Assembly: GCA_030620115.1 (NCBI GenBank)
Contig: JAUXFG010000004.1
Coordinates: 1-51,915, forward strand
Length of the DNA stretch: 51,915 bases
From: Candidatus Fermentibacterota bacterium
GTDB lineage: Bacteria > JAFGKV01
Direction of reading: 5' to 3'
Shown: positions 37,901 through 46,917 of the stretch, in pieces
Numbering within the stretch: the stretch's first letter is position 1
How the letters are laid out: every line of letters starts with the position of its first letter
The notes under the pieces: model-generated
Database searches by the model: none
What the model was told of the DNA's origin: nothing
Seen by the model: only the letters and a program-made list of their open reading frames with translations
Program-made: the position numbers and the translations under genes

Positions 37901-39171
37901 CCATCATTCAGCTCCTTGATTCCTATGGTGGTACTCCCCTCGTCGAGAAGAGTAAGGGGGAGCCCAAGAGCGGAATCAGCACTGTCAAAAAGCAGCGTGT
38001 CACGCCCCGCCTCGGATCCCCACCAGGCACTGTCCACCAGTGCCCCCTCGACATAGAACTCGCTGTGATGACCGGGACTGTCCGATGCACCTTGGATTCC
38101 CGCTCGAAGGACAAAGGTGTCGGCAGCGGCAATATCCGTGGTGGGAACAAGGAACTGACGCAGGACCGTGGAAGCAGGCAAATGCTGCCAAAACCATTCA
38201 AGGCTGTTATTGTACGCCTCGTTGTGAAAAGCAATAATAACGGTGTTCTCCTCTTCAGTGTGCTCCAGATGCCAGAACCATTCGGCCTCGGGATTCTCAT
38301 AATCGGGGGAACCGTCAGTCACGGTCCACCGCAGCCCTGCATCTCCCCCCCATGAAAACCAGTAGGTGGCTTCCCTCGAATAGTGACTGACATAGGGATC
38401 GTCGCGCCCTTGTGGATCTTCACGGTGCCGCTGCTCCCCATAGAAAACGATATAGTCGTCTTCCTCGAAAGCAAGATCACCGCCGTCTTCGACACGGAAT
38501 GACTGCTCCTCCCCATGGTACCAAAGCCGGAATGTGGATGGATCCTCTTCTCGAAGTGACACACCTGCAGCCCAGAACTGCTCATACGTGACCTTGTAGA
38601 GGCCCTGATGGTCCACAATCAGTTTGCATGATGGGGAGGGAGGAGGTGTCGATCGCACACTGGATCTATTCTGTTTCTTGCGAAGGAGCCGCGCCTGGTC
38701 CGGATTCACAAGCAGGGGCCGCAGAATACGTTCCGCGAACGGATCACCGCCCCAAAAGGGATGCGTGGGGCCAACCGGAAAACGGAGGGTAACCTGCACC
38801 CGTGGAAAGAACAGCCACTCCTTACCCTTCTGCTGCAGCGGCTGAACCAGCACTCGAGTCAGAAAATTGGCCCGGAAAAAGCCCTCTCCCGCAATGGCAG
38901 CCACGGGCATCTCCAAAGCCGCTCGACTGGTACAAGGGAGGCTCAGACGAATCGGAGGGTCCAGCGCTTTCCAGGTGAGCTCGGCCTCGCCACCGGTGGC
39001 GAGAAGCAGCGGTCTTCCCGGCCACACAACCCCGTGACGAACCTGCTCCATTATGGCGGTGGAATCGCTCTCGACCACGAACTGAGCCAGACCAGGCGCG
39101 GTGAGGACAAGATCAACATGTTCGGTAGGCGAGACCGCCAATAGCAAAACAAGGATACCCAGAAGACTCAT
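34960..39171 (-). CDS. C25 (gingipain/PorU-like) paralog B: catalytic His replaced by Arg; one CARDB domain, discoidin-like domain, no CTD
   Basis: ADYIVVT, LYDYFSYG..TPVAIRDFL, FLGDACWD, PDIAIGRLP, HFIGRG (vs GHG), GGSCHSG, LLGNP. Confidence 0.85.
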   Translation of the reverse strand: MSLLGILVLLLAVSPTEHVDLVLTAPGLAQFVVESDSTAIMEQVRHGVVWPGRPLLLATGGEAELTWKALDPPIRLSLPCTSRAALEMPVAAIAGEGFFRANFLTRVLVQPLQQKGKEWLFFPRVQVTLRFPVGPTHPFWGGDPFAERILRPLLVNPDQARLLRKKQNRSSVRSTPPPSPSCKLIVDHQGLYKVTYEQFWAAGVSLREEDPSTFRLWYHGEEQSFRVEDGGDLAFEEDDYIVFYGEQRHREDPQGRDDPYVSHYSREATYWFSWGGDAGLRWTVTDGSPDYENPEAEWFWHLEHTEEENTVIIAFHNEAYNNSLEWFWQHLPASTVLRQFLVPTTDIAAADTFVLRAGIQGASDSPGHHSEFYVEGALVDSAWWGSEAGRDTLLFDSADSALGLPLTLLDEGSTTIGIKELNDGPAGSAARSYLNWIEILYPRHFVASDSSLGFGAPEGAGGEAYLFKLKGFGDADVAVVNLSSGLWIEGATLSGDSLVFSANISGSHRLWAQHSFVLDSVQAIVVYEELDPSPDSSTRGADYIVVTPQAFSELADSLAEEMESFFGWRTVVVGVQLLYDYFSYGELTPVAIRDFLEAAYENWVSPEPSYVCFLGDACWDFLGHSGPGTAQNLVPTWGNPGNDYFFGRLTSDLQGDYDWIPDIAIGRLPARDAAEARSMIRTSLQYLDSEIVTKRIVFMAHGSSDYENISFAAQSDGLITYAVPSDLLPRIHRIYADLEGADSTRSYKNEFMDVWNNTPLLVHFIGRGDFYTWCMELHNSMADTLTGADLPPFLVGGSCHSGRVALPDSSCLGEMLLRSSSTDGCCSGFISSTGVTSVSSGYLWSRYALPVLLAEEPATAGEAFVAGVLQAGDFISQRFLLLGNPGLVLSRPRDADLSAPDQWLSAEPMAPSEDDPSVNLLFEIANLGSAASDPGEDWCQITVSDSSSAGVTLLGSFSSDVAITGDSLFTIPWEPIPARGSHEIRVEIDVNHEISELDEGNNIAREDMAVLFAAPQPSSPGDCALLVTQIPQLSVRSLPGEANVVYRFQVCTDPSFAIPESILAESDVLPAGPYYTVWTPPALPERRVLYWRCRAEDHDIPGRWSGARSFFINRLASGRGWREAHWGQFVADSLLNCTVDTLSSLIELAKSPGPDVALTDSGATVIDYSSSHPSFLPEALIGSGRFIFGNNDMEQTAVIDLGVSRSLLRVGAELWAGAMDRGVWSELEISTSNDGISYEPWITHGPYSEPNVEIPPCVYAEVDDPLPARYIRACFGAGCPQTSGVYWGSRIYEIFAQPVTVPPEGEFWSSSIGPALWWHELSVEATESEPGDSVFVSIWGFSTQSLVWEAIGGFQNLGASGQWNLSGIDPSLYPWIRLQGKFLTSSTMGDPGLQSWEVRYDPR

Positions 39172-39183
39172 CTATCCTCCTAG

Positions 39184-42100
39184 TCAACGCAGAAGCGCGA
39201 ACTTCTCTCGGCAACTCATGCCGGATTCCGATGAGAGGACGCAGAAGTAGACGCCGTTGGCTACTCTATCTCCATCCATATCCCGGCGATTCCAGGATAG
39301 ATGCGTGACCGGAGGTTCCATACTGATCGTCCAGACTGCAATGGGCCGCCCGGTCACTGTGAATACGGTAAGAGTGACGACTTCGCTGTGCTGTCCCTGA
39401 AGAACAAACACGGTCTCGTCTCGTTCGTGTCGCTGCATGACGATGATCCGGATCTCTCCAGGCTCACTGGCGACCTGCAGCCCTATGTCATCGCTGTGCC
39501 CCTCATTCCCCGCGAAATCTCTTACCACGGCCCGGATCTCGTGGAATCCCGGCTCCAGGGGGCCTACGCTGCCTCTCACCGTCCATCCTTCCGCATCCTC
39601 CATCCAGAACAGATCGCCCAAGGCCTGTACGTCCCCGTCCACCAGAATACGAACTGTAGACGTGTCCACACCCGATCCACTGTCAGCAAAAACCCCCACC
39701 AGCGGCACCACGGATGGAACCCATGAACTGTCAGAAAAGCCGGGAAGTGCCACCCTCAGGAAAACCGTTGGTGACGCCGCATCACGGGGTGCGACAATGA
39801 GAGAACGCTCAGCTTGATTGTTGACCAATGAGGCCTCTCGAGCTGCCGAATCCGGATTGGCCAGAGCCTGAAACCAATGGATCTCTCGAAAGCCGCCAGC
39901 TATCCATGATACATGACCTTCCACAATCCCCCCAGGGGCAAGGGGCAAAAAATTGAAGCGAGAAAGCTCTTCCCAGGCTCCTGTGGTTCCCACCCGGTGG
40001 CGGAGCAATGCTTCAAACGGCTCCGAGGTACTGCCTCCTACATTACGCACGGCAAACTTCACCATCACTGATTCCTGCTCCACGGGCGCCGAAGGCTCGA
40101 AACGAATCTCTTCACTCCGGATGACAAGATCCGGTTCACCAAGCACCGTCACCAACGTCTCGGTGATATTGTTGAACTCATTGGTTTCAGCCACCGAATC
40201 AGCCGAGTCGATAACCAAGCGAACCACTGCCTCAACCGGCTCGGCTGTAGTAAGCAAAGAACCTTGGACCACGGTCTCCGTGGTGCCTGCCAGCGCATGC
40301 CTGTGCTCCGTGAGGGGAACAAGATCCTCGGTGTCCCACAGCACTACGAATGAATCGGTCGGTGCCTCTCCCGCATTCCTCACGATGCCCGTGATGCTAA
40401 TCGTATCGCCTACCAGAATAATGAGGGGCTGTACGCTCAGCGTCTCCGAGGCGCAGTACAGATCCACGCCTTCCTGCACAAGAATAGAATCTCTGAGCGC
40501 ATTGTTCTCCTCATCCTGCTCCGATAGAAGGCTCTCCGGGTCTGCCTCGGCAAAAAATCGATGCCATCCCGGCAGCTGGGAGGTAGGAAAGGGAGCTTTG
40601 AGCTCAACGGAGTCAGCACCATCAAGATGTTTCTTATCCCAGGAGGCCAGTAGCTGTTCATCCGCGCCGGGAGGGAAATGAGAGAGAACTACTGCCGCAC
40701 TGTCCGTGGGCGCCTCCCCCAGATTCCGAAGCCAGAGCGAAAACCATACCGGATCCCCGGTGGGGGGAGACTCATTGGAGAAGCCTGCCGCGGCAAGGGC
40801 AAGGTCGGCGGCACTCAGGATTCTCAGGCGTGTGTGCAATGAATCATTCTCTTGGGTGATCTGCGCAGCCTCCGGGATGCCGTGGAGCCAAAGCCGGGCA
40901 ATGTATACGCCGGCCATCATAGGGCGATCCCATACCGGAGCCACCAGCGTGCTCTCCCCGGGATCCATGGGCGGGATCCACCCCGTGTCCACCGGCGGCA
41001 TCTGTTCCCCCACCGACTCCTCATTCACCTCGAGAAACCAAGACACCGAATCGGTCTCCACTGATCCTTTATTCTTGCACAAAGCCTCGAACAGAACGAC
41101 CCGATTCTCCTGTGGCGACTCGGTAAGTACGTGCAGCGAATCGATGAATGCCGGATCGGGCAGTATGGCAACCTGCATCGATATCGAGTTGTCTTCCGGC
41201 GCAACTTCTTGCGCGCCGCCCCCCACTCCCGCCACGAGGGAGAGCGTATGCCTGCCCATGGTGGAGGTCCATGGAGCCGTTACCTGCCGCACTTCCCCGG
41301 GGTAGAAAACCAGCAATGTGGTATCCCACACCGATATGGCTTGTGTTTCCTGCTCATCGAACAGATCCAGGAATACGCTGTCCGCGGGCACAGCGCCATC
41401 ATTTCTTAGCATGGCCGTGAGAAGCCCGATGGTCCCGGGTGGGGGCAGCGCGGGTGAAAGGGTCAGCGAATCACCGAATACGAGATCCACTGCTCCATCC
41501 AACTCAACGGACCACTGTGTGAGCTCCGGGGTGAGGGTGGGATCATCGCTCTGCAGCACGGCTTTCAGCTTCATGTAGGGTTGATCAACCGACGCCAGAT
41601 CCACAGGAGGAGAAGAAAGGTGACCAAAGCCCTCCACCGGCACGTATGCCCCTTGCTGGCTTGACGCCGCCAACACGGTGATCTTGATCCGGGTTTGCCC
41701 CGGTTCCTCCCGCTCCCAGGAGAGCTGGCCCCACGATGCCGCAGGCCCCACCGGCCGGGAAACTATCTCGCCCTGCTCGAGAAAGTCCACAGCATAGGCG
41801 AACAGCTCATATATGCGAGACCCCCAGAGGCCGCCCCCCGGCCAGGGGTGGGGCAGTCCCCGCCAAAAGTCGAACTGGATGTAGCGAACCTGCCGGGGCG
41901 TATCCAATTCGAAAAACATCGGCGTAGGGATGTTGTCCAAAGACGGCTCGGTGAATGGCCCCAACGCGCCCCACAGAAACCCCACGGGGTTGTCATCAGT
42001 CCAGGCAGCGATCTGGTACAATTCCCACACCGGCCTGTCGTCTGATCCGATCCAGTGTTCCGAACCAAGGAGTCCGATGGTTCTTGTCTGCCCTAAATCG

Positions 42101-45100
42101 ACGAGCGCTCGCTGTTCGTAGTCATTGTTCGCGAACAGGAACTGCCCATACTGCCCGGCGCCGCCCCCTATGTTGGCGCCAATAAGATTATCGGGATCGC
42201 ACACGCTGGAATTGACCGTGGACACCTCGACGGATGCTCCCTGATCAAGATGCGCGTAATCCGTGGGGTTGATCTCGGATGCAAGCTGTACCCGGTCCAT
42301 CTGCCTGTCGGGAACCACATTGTGCAGCGAATCAGAAAGAAATTGTTCCCCTGCTCGCTGCTCCCATCGCGTGCGCGTCAAGGTCGTATCAACAGTGAAA
42401 CTGCGTACAGGTGACCATGCACCCCCATACGTTGTTCCCTCTTCCGCCTTGCAGCGCCAAAAATACGTAGCGCCCTGGGTCAACGGTGATGGCGCCCACA
42501 TGGTCACCGATGCTCCCTCCGCAATCATCCCCGAGCTCTGATAGCCGGGAGCCGCGGCGGAGAAGCTGTCGCTCTCCGCGATCTCGAATATATAATTCCG
42601 CTCCGCGCTCTCGGTGGGCAGATTGACCACGGCCAGCCATGGGGATAACGACGAGGTGGCCTGGCAATCGAAAGGAAGAGAAGGCGCAGGCGGCGAAAGG
42701 AGCACTTCGATCTCCATCTGGGCCGCATTGTTGACTTCGCTGAGCTCTTCCATGTCGCCTGACGAATCCACCTCCACGAGGAGTCGACGCAGCCCAAGCC
42801 CAAGCCCGGAGTTCCAGGAGAAATCGTAGGTCGTGCTCCGCCTCATGCCGCATGTGTCGGCTCGATCACCAGCGGGCTGCTCCGCTCCCGGAACTCCGGC
42901 ACTGAACACGGTCCGAACAGACGTCGGATCGGCTCGACCGAGATTCTCCACCGTGGTCCGAACCAGGATATCTTGAAGCTCGCCAACGGGCGATGGCGAA
43001 ACAGTCATCTGGTCGGACGAAACAACGAGATCAGGACCCATCGGAATGGCCAGCGTGGTAAGGGGATCTCCAAGAAGCACGAAAAGCTCCATGATCTCTG
43101 ACCCGCCACTGATCTTGCCTGCAGTGCTCAGGGGTCCGATTCTCCGCTCGAGTTCAAGACACAAACCATGGAGTATCTCCCGTGCTCCCTGGTTTGCGCT
43201 TCCCTCATTGGCCTGCGCCGAGGCCCCCCAGAAGGCCACGGCCCCATGTTCCGGACTGTCGAGTCGAAGAAAAACCTCGCCCAGGGAGCTCGTGTCCGGC
43301 TCGGCAAATGCCGCGGAATTGCACGTGAGTCCCATGCCCACGGGCATCTTCAGGCCATTTTCCAGGTTGTAGAGATCGCCCACGTCGAACATGACCCCCC
43401 ACGTCAAGGCAGCGCCATGGCCGATGTAGTTCACGATCATGCTACCATCATTGATGGCATCCACCACATCCCTGTTGTAATAACCAGGCTGATATCCTTC
43501 CAGGGTTCGGTAGACGCGATCAACGTCGCCCAAAAAGGGCGGTGGAATCCAGAAGTCGTTCACCTGGCCTTCCGCATGGATCTGAAACGCCTGCTGCTCC
43601 CCCTCGGTGAAGCCGCCTACCACCAAAAGAGCATTCTTGCGCCAGCCTTGGTCTTCTGTACCCGACGAGGGATAGTGGGTCGGATAAGCCAATAGCTTTG
43701 CCACGGCATTGTCGGCCTCGTCCGCATTACGAACCGGCATCCTTCCTAGATGGATATCCGGATGCACCTCCTGGCCGTCCTCCGACGTCAACTCGGCATA
43801 GAAATTCTCGCTGGGTGGATAATCATAGCATGGAATGAAGGAAAACTCCACGTGAGGTCCTGAATGCCGGAGGTAGTCCCAGGATGCATCTCCAAAAAGG
43901 AGCACATATTTGAGTGAATCACTCGTCCATGCGTCAAAGGCAAACCGGAGAAAATCCCGAATGGCTACGGGATGGAGCACACCATAGTTGAACTCATCAT
44001 AGATGTCCTGCACATCGATCAGCCTGGTTTCAACATTCTCCTGTCGAGCCAATGCCAGCTCCGCCGCGGCGCCGAACAGATTATGGAACGGATCCTCATC
44101 GCCCACTGACTGACGATCGTAGGCAATAATCACATACTCGGCTTGCCCGTCCCCTGAGGAGAACGGAGGGTCGGCAGGCCGGTCCCGCACAATACGGCTC
44201 GGCCGAAAAAACCTGGAAGAAGCACTGATATAGAAAAGCGATGAGTCGCCAACCTCTGCCTCAAATCGCAGCGTGCCTCCCTGCAATTCCCAACCCTCCA
44301 AGAGTGAAAAATTGACAAGATCCAAGAGAAGCAGATCATCGTCCTCCACGTCGCCCACATGGAACTCCCAACGCCCAGGCCCGAGTTGGGTGGGATGGGT
44401 GAAAAGAAGGGTATCGCTGACCGCGTTGAGCTGTCTCGGGTACTGGAGCTCCCAGAAATTAAAGAAGGATGTACTATTCGCACCTGCGTCGGTATCATTG
44501 AAGAACTGGACTTTCAGGACATTGTCTCCATCCACAAGCCATTCATGGGGAATCGTCACACCACGCTCATCGCTATCGTAACACAACTCCACCCGTCCAT
44601 TCCCCAGTCCCCATGTCGTATCACCGACATCGTGGCCGTTCAAGAAAAATCCCGTGTGATGTTGTGTATACGCCCCGCCGATATTGGTATATCCATGGAG
44701 CCCCGCACGGAGCAGTGCTGATGATCCCTCCGCCAACGGATCATCGATATGGAGCGTGAACTCACGGCTGGCATTTGCACCGCCTGCACCCCACCGAAGC
44801 CAGAACCACTCAGTGGGCTTCGGCGCGCCCGTAGCGCTGAGAAAGGGCAGGCTCTCTTCCTCCGCGTGGCCAACGGCCAAACACCAGTCCACGGTTTGTG
44901 CCGTGCCCGAGGGCTGCGCATCCACGGGCGTGAACTGCGTACCGGCCGTATCGCTCCACGAAAGCCAGTAAACATTCTCTCGTGTATAGTGATCCCACCA
45001 TTCCGTCAATCGGCACCCTCTGTCAGGTCGGTAGTTGGGATAAGCAAAAAAGAGAAGGCTGTCTCCTCTTTCGAACGCCTCACCTGTCCCACCCTTCAAG

Positions 45101-45876
45101 AGATATGCCACCTCGGATCCGCGATTGGTCAATTGCAGGGTCGATACATCGACTTCGGAGAGATCAACGCCCGCGTCCTGGAGGTCGGCGCCCTCCACCA
45201 CACAGATGCCTTTCCCTTCCACATAAAGCTTCACCGCATTGCGGGGCAGTGGCACAGGCTCAAGGAGCACTCCCATGGGCGGCTTCGCACGCCACGACTT
45301 CGCCTGCTCATAGTTGATGACCTGGCGATAGGCAGCCTCGAAACTCGGTTCTCTGGGAAGAATCGACCCGCCAATTCCGCCAGTGAACGTAATCTCTACC
45401 CTGACCTGCTCGGCCAATCGGAGCCCATGACCCGTGGGGCTGCACAAGGCCGGGAAGATCCAGATCTCCAGAACTCGCTGGTGTCTGATCCACCCGGTGG
45501 CCGACACGTGGTACCATGCATCAGGAATCGCCACGAATCCTGATGCTCTGGTGCTGTCCTCCACCGCAACGAGTCGCCCAGGCACGGCTCGAACCCCCGA
45601 GGCTGAGGCCCGCACCGCGAATTCAGCGCCAGGAGGAATCGCCACCTGAACCGGAACCCCTGGGAGATCGGGGTTCCCCAGTGCCATGGGGTGACAAAGC
45701 GCGGGGCTTGTGATCCTGACCATCCCTCCCTGCACGGGCTCTACCACGATATCAGACCACTGCGCCTCCAGGGTCACCTGGTTGGGGCCGCTGGAGAGAA
45801 GGTGGATGGGCCCCGTAGATCCATGGATCAAGCGTGCCGGCAGCAAGAGAACAAGAAGAACAACAGCCTTTCTCAT
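39184..45876 (-). CDS. C25 (gingipain/PorU-like) cysteine peptidase A with propeptide, six CARDB-like domains, discoidin-like domain and CTD
   Basis: GGAGG before ATG 45876 and a signal peptide; DIYDEFNYG..HPVAIRDFL, LFGDASWD, PDIHLGRMP, NYIGHG, GLTCNS, LLGDP; CTD VANGVYF...EKFALLR. Confidence 0.9.
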   Translation of the reverse strand: MRKAVVLLVLLLPARLIHGSTGPIHLLSSGPNQVTLEAQWSDIVVEPVQGGMVRITSPALCHPMALGNPDLPGVPVQVAIPPGAEFAVRASASGVRAVPGRLVAVEDSTRASGFVAIPDAWYHVSATGWIRHQRVLEIWIFPALCSPTGHGLRLAEQVRVEITFTGGIGGSILPREPSFEAAYRQVINYEQAKSWRAKPPMGVLLEPVPLPRNAVKLYVEGKGICVVEGADLQDAGVDLSEVDVSTLQLTNRGSEVAYLLKGGTGEAFERGDSLLFFAYPNYRPDRGCRLTEWWDHYTRENVYWLSWSDTAGTQFTPVDAQPSGTAQTVDWCLAVGHAEEESLPFLSATGAPKPTEWFWLRWGAGGANASREFTLHIDDPLAEGSSALLRAGLHGYTNIGGAYTQHHTGFFLNGHDVGDTTWGLGNGRVELCYDSDERGVTIPHEWLVDGDNVLKVQFFNDTDAGANSTSFFNFWELQYPRQLNAVSDTLLFTHPTQLGPGRWEFHVGDVEDDDLLLLDLVNFSLLEGWELQGGTLRFEAEVGDSSLFYISASSRFFRPSRIVRDRPADPPFSSGDGQAEYVIIAYDRQSVGDEDPFHNLFGAAAELALARQENVETRLIDVQDIYDEFNYGVLHPVAIRDFLRFAFDAWTSDSLKYVLLFGDASWDYLRHSGPHVEFSFIPCYDYPPSENFYAELTSEDGQEVHPDIHLGRMPVRNADEADNAVAKLLAYPTHYPSSGTEDQGWRKNALLVVGGFTEGEQQAFQIHAEGQVNDFWIPPPFLGDVDRVYRTLEGYQPGYYNRDVVDAINDGSMIVNYIGHGAALTWGVMFDVGDLYNLENGLKMPVGMGLTCNSAAFAEPDTSSLGEVFLRLDSPEHGAVAFWGASAQANEGSANQGAREILHGLCLELERRIGPLSTAGKISGGSEIMELFVLLGDPLTTLAIPMGPDLVVSSDQMTVSPSPVGELQDILVRTTVENLGRADPTSVRTVFSAGVPGAEQPAGDRADTCGMRRSTTYDFSWNSGLGLGLRRLLVEVDSSGDMEELSEVNNAAQMEIEVLLSPPAPSLPFDCQATSSLSPWLAVVNLPTESAERNYIFEIAESDSFSAAAPGYQSSGMIAEGASVTMWAPSPLTQGATYFWRCKAEEGTTYGGAWSPVRSFTVDTTLTRTRWEQRAGEQFLSDSLHNVVPDRQMDRVQLASEINPTDYAHLDQGASVEVSTVNSSVCDPDNLIGANIGGGAGQYGQFLFANNDYEQRALVDLGQTRTIGLLGSEHWIGSDDRPVWELYQIAAWTDDNPVGFLWGALGPFTEPSLDNIPTPMFFELDTPRQVRYIQFDFWRGLPHPWPGGGLWGSRIYELFAYAVDFLEQGEIVSRPVGPAASWGQLSWEREEPGQTRIKITVLAASSQQGAYVPVEGFGHLSSPPVDLASVDQPYMKLKAVLQSDDPTLTPELTQWSVELDGAVDLVFGDSLTLSPALPPPGTIGLLTAMLRNDGAVPADSVFLDLFDEQETQAISVWDTTLLVFYPGEVRQVTAPWTSTMGRHTLSLVAGVGGGAQEVAPEDNSISMQVAILPDPAFIDSLHVLTESPQENRVVLFEALCKNKGSVETDSVSWFLEVNEESVGEQMPPVDTGWIPPMDPGESTLVAPVWDRPMMAGVYIARLWLHGIPEAAQITQENDSLHTRLRILSAADLALAAAGFSNESPPTGDPVWFSLWLRNLGEAPTDSAAVVLSHFPPGADEQLLASWDKKHLDGADSVELKAPFPTSQLPGWHRFFAEADPESLLSEQDEENNALRDSILVQEGVDLYCASETLSVQPLIILVGDTISITGIVRNAGEAPTDSFVVLWDTEDLVPLTEHRHALAGTTETVVQGSLLTTAEPVEAVVRLVIDSADSVAETNEFNNITETLVTVLGEPDLVIRSEEIRFEPSAPVEQESVMVKFAVRNVGGSTSEPFEALLRHRVGTTGAWEELSRFNFLPLAPGGIVEGHVSWIAGGFREIHWFQALANPDSAAREASLVNNQAERSLIVAPRDAASPTVFLRVALPGFSDSSWVPSVVPLVGVFADSGSGVDTSTVRILVDGDVQALGDLFWMEDAEGWTVRGSVGPLEPGFHEIRAVVRDFAGNEGHSDDIGLQVASEPGEIRIIVMQRHERDETVFVLQGQHSEVVTLTVFTVTGRPIAVWTISMEPPVTHLSWNRRDMDGDRVANGVYFCVLSSESGMSCREKFALLR

Positions 45877-45954
45877 GCCTCCAGCCCCCCTTCCGTTACG
45901 AAGAAAAAACGTTGCATCTCGTTGCATCTCAATGAATCCGTGCATCCGACCTCC

Positions 45955-45988
45955 TCCCCCTTTTGCAAAGGGGGACTGAGGGGGATTT
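45955..45988. repeat. TCCCCCTTTTGCAAAGGGGGA-type palindromic repeat
   Basis: Near-perfect hairpin plus adjacent GAGGGGGATTT, in the gap between the lipid kinase and C25-A. Confidence 0.6.
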
Positions 45989-46016
45989 TTCGATATCGCC
46001 CGCACTCACTGAGATG

Positions 46017-46913
46017 TTACGAGAATTCATGTCCACACACCACGCTCAACACCGCACGCTTGACCCCGATCACTATGGGGGTCTTTCCCAAAACCTCCCC
46101 ATCAGCGCACACGGGGCTGCCGTCCAGAGACGAAACCTCCACGCTCCTGACCGCGGCCGTCAAAAAATGGGGAGACTGCACATGCTCGCCCTTGAACACG
46201 TGGGGGAGAATCCGGAGGAACGCGGACTTCTTGATCTTGGGGACGATGCACACATCGAGATAGCCATCGGTAAGCGAAGAGCCTGGAGAGAGCTGCATGC
46301 CCCCTCCGTAGTAGGGAGCATTGGCAAGGGAGACCATCATTGCAGGGCCCTCGAAGAAAAAATCATCTCCCCTGACACGAAAAGACTGGGCCTTGTAGCG
46401 GGCGAGTTCCTTGAGGGCTGCCACAAGGTAGACCAACTTGCCCTTGACCACGGTGATCTTGGATGCCGCGATGGAAACCAGCGCATCGTAACCCGAGGCG
46501 GCGATAGTCGCGAATGGCCTATGCCCCACATAGCCCAGATCTATTAACTGTTCCCTCCCGGCGGCGAGAAGGGAAACTGCCTGCTTAGTGGCATGAGGAA
46601 CCCCTAGACTCCTCGCGAGATCATTTCCTCTTCCGCTGGGGATCAATCCCATACGAACCTTGATTCCCTCTCGAAGCGCCGAGAGCACCATATTCACTGA
46701 CCCATCTCCCCCGCACACCACCAGTCGATGGTCTTCGCCTTCAGAGCATCTCCGAACGAGTTCCTGGAAATGATGCGCCGTTTTGCTGAAATGGAACTCT
46801 CCTCTCAGACCGTGCTCTGCAAAGAGACGGGGAAGTATCTTTCCGATCCGGAGGCCGCTTCCGCCGCCGCTGGCCGGATTGATGATTACCTTGTGAATGA
46901 GTCTATCCAACAT
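46017..46913 (-). CDS. Diacylglycerol-kinase-family lipid kinase (YegS/BmrU/DgkB-like)
   Basis: IINPASGGG, VCGGDGS, IPSGRGNDLARSLG, ANAPYYGGG, DGYLDV, ADGE. Confidence 0.93.
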   Translation of the reverse strand: MLDRLIHKVIINPASGGGSGLRIGKILPRLFAEHGLRGEFHFSKTAHHFQELVRRCSEGEDHRLVVCGGDGSVNMVLSALREGIKVRMGLIPSGRGNDLARSLGVPHATKQAVSLLAAGREQLIDLGYVGHRPFATIAASGYDALVSIAASKITVVKGKLVYLVAALKELARYKAQSFRVRGDDFFFEGPAMMVSLANAPYYGGGMQLSPGSSLTDGYLDVCIVPKIKKSAFLRILPHVFKGEHVQSPHFLTAAVRSVEVSSLDGSPVCADGEVLGKTPIVIGVKRAVLSVVCGHEFS

Positions 46914-46917
46914 GGGA

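Noticed and set aside
45877-46005. N-terminal extension of C25-A in the ORF track
   Set aside because: It reads through a palindromic repeat (NPPQSPFAKGG); the signal peptide and RBS indicate ATG 45876.
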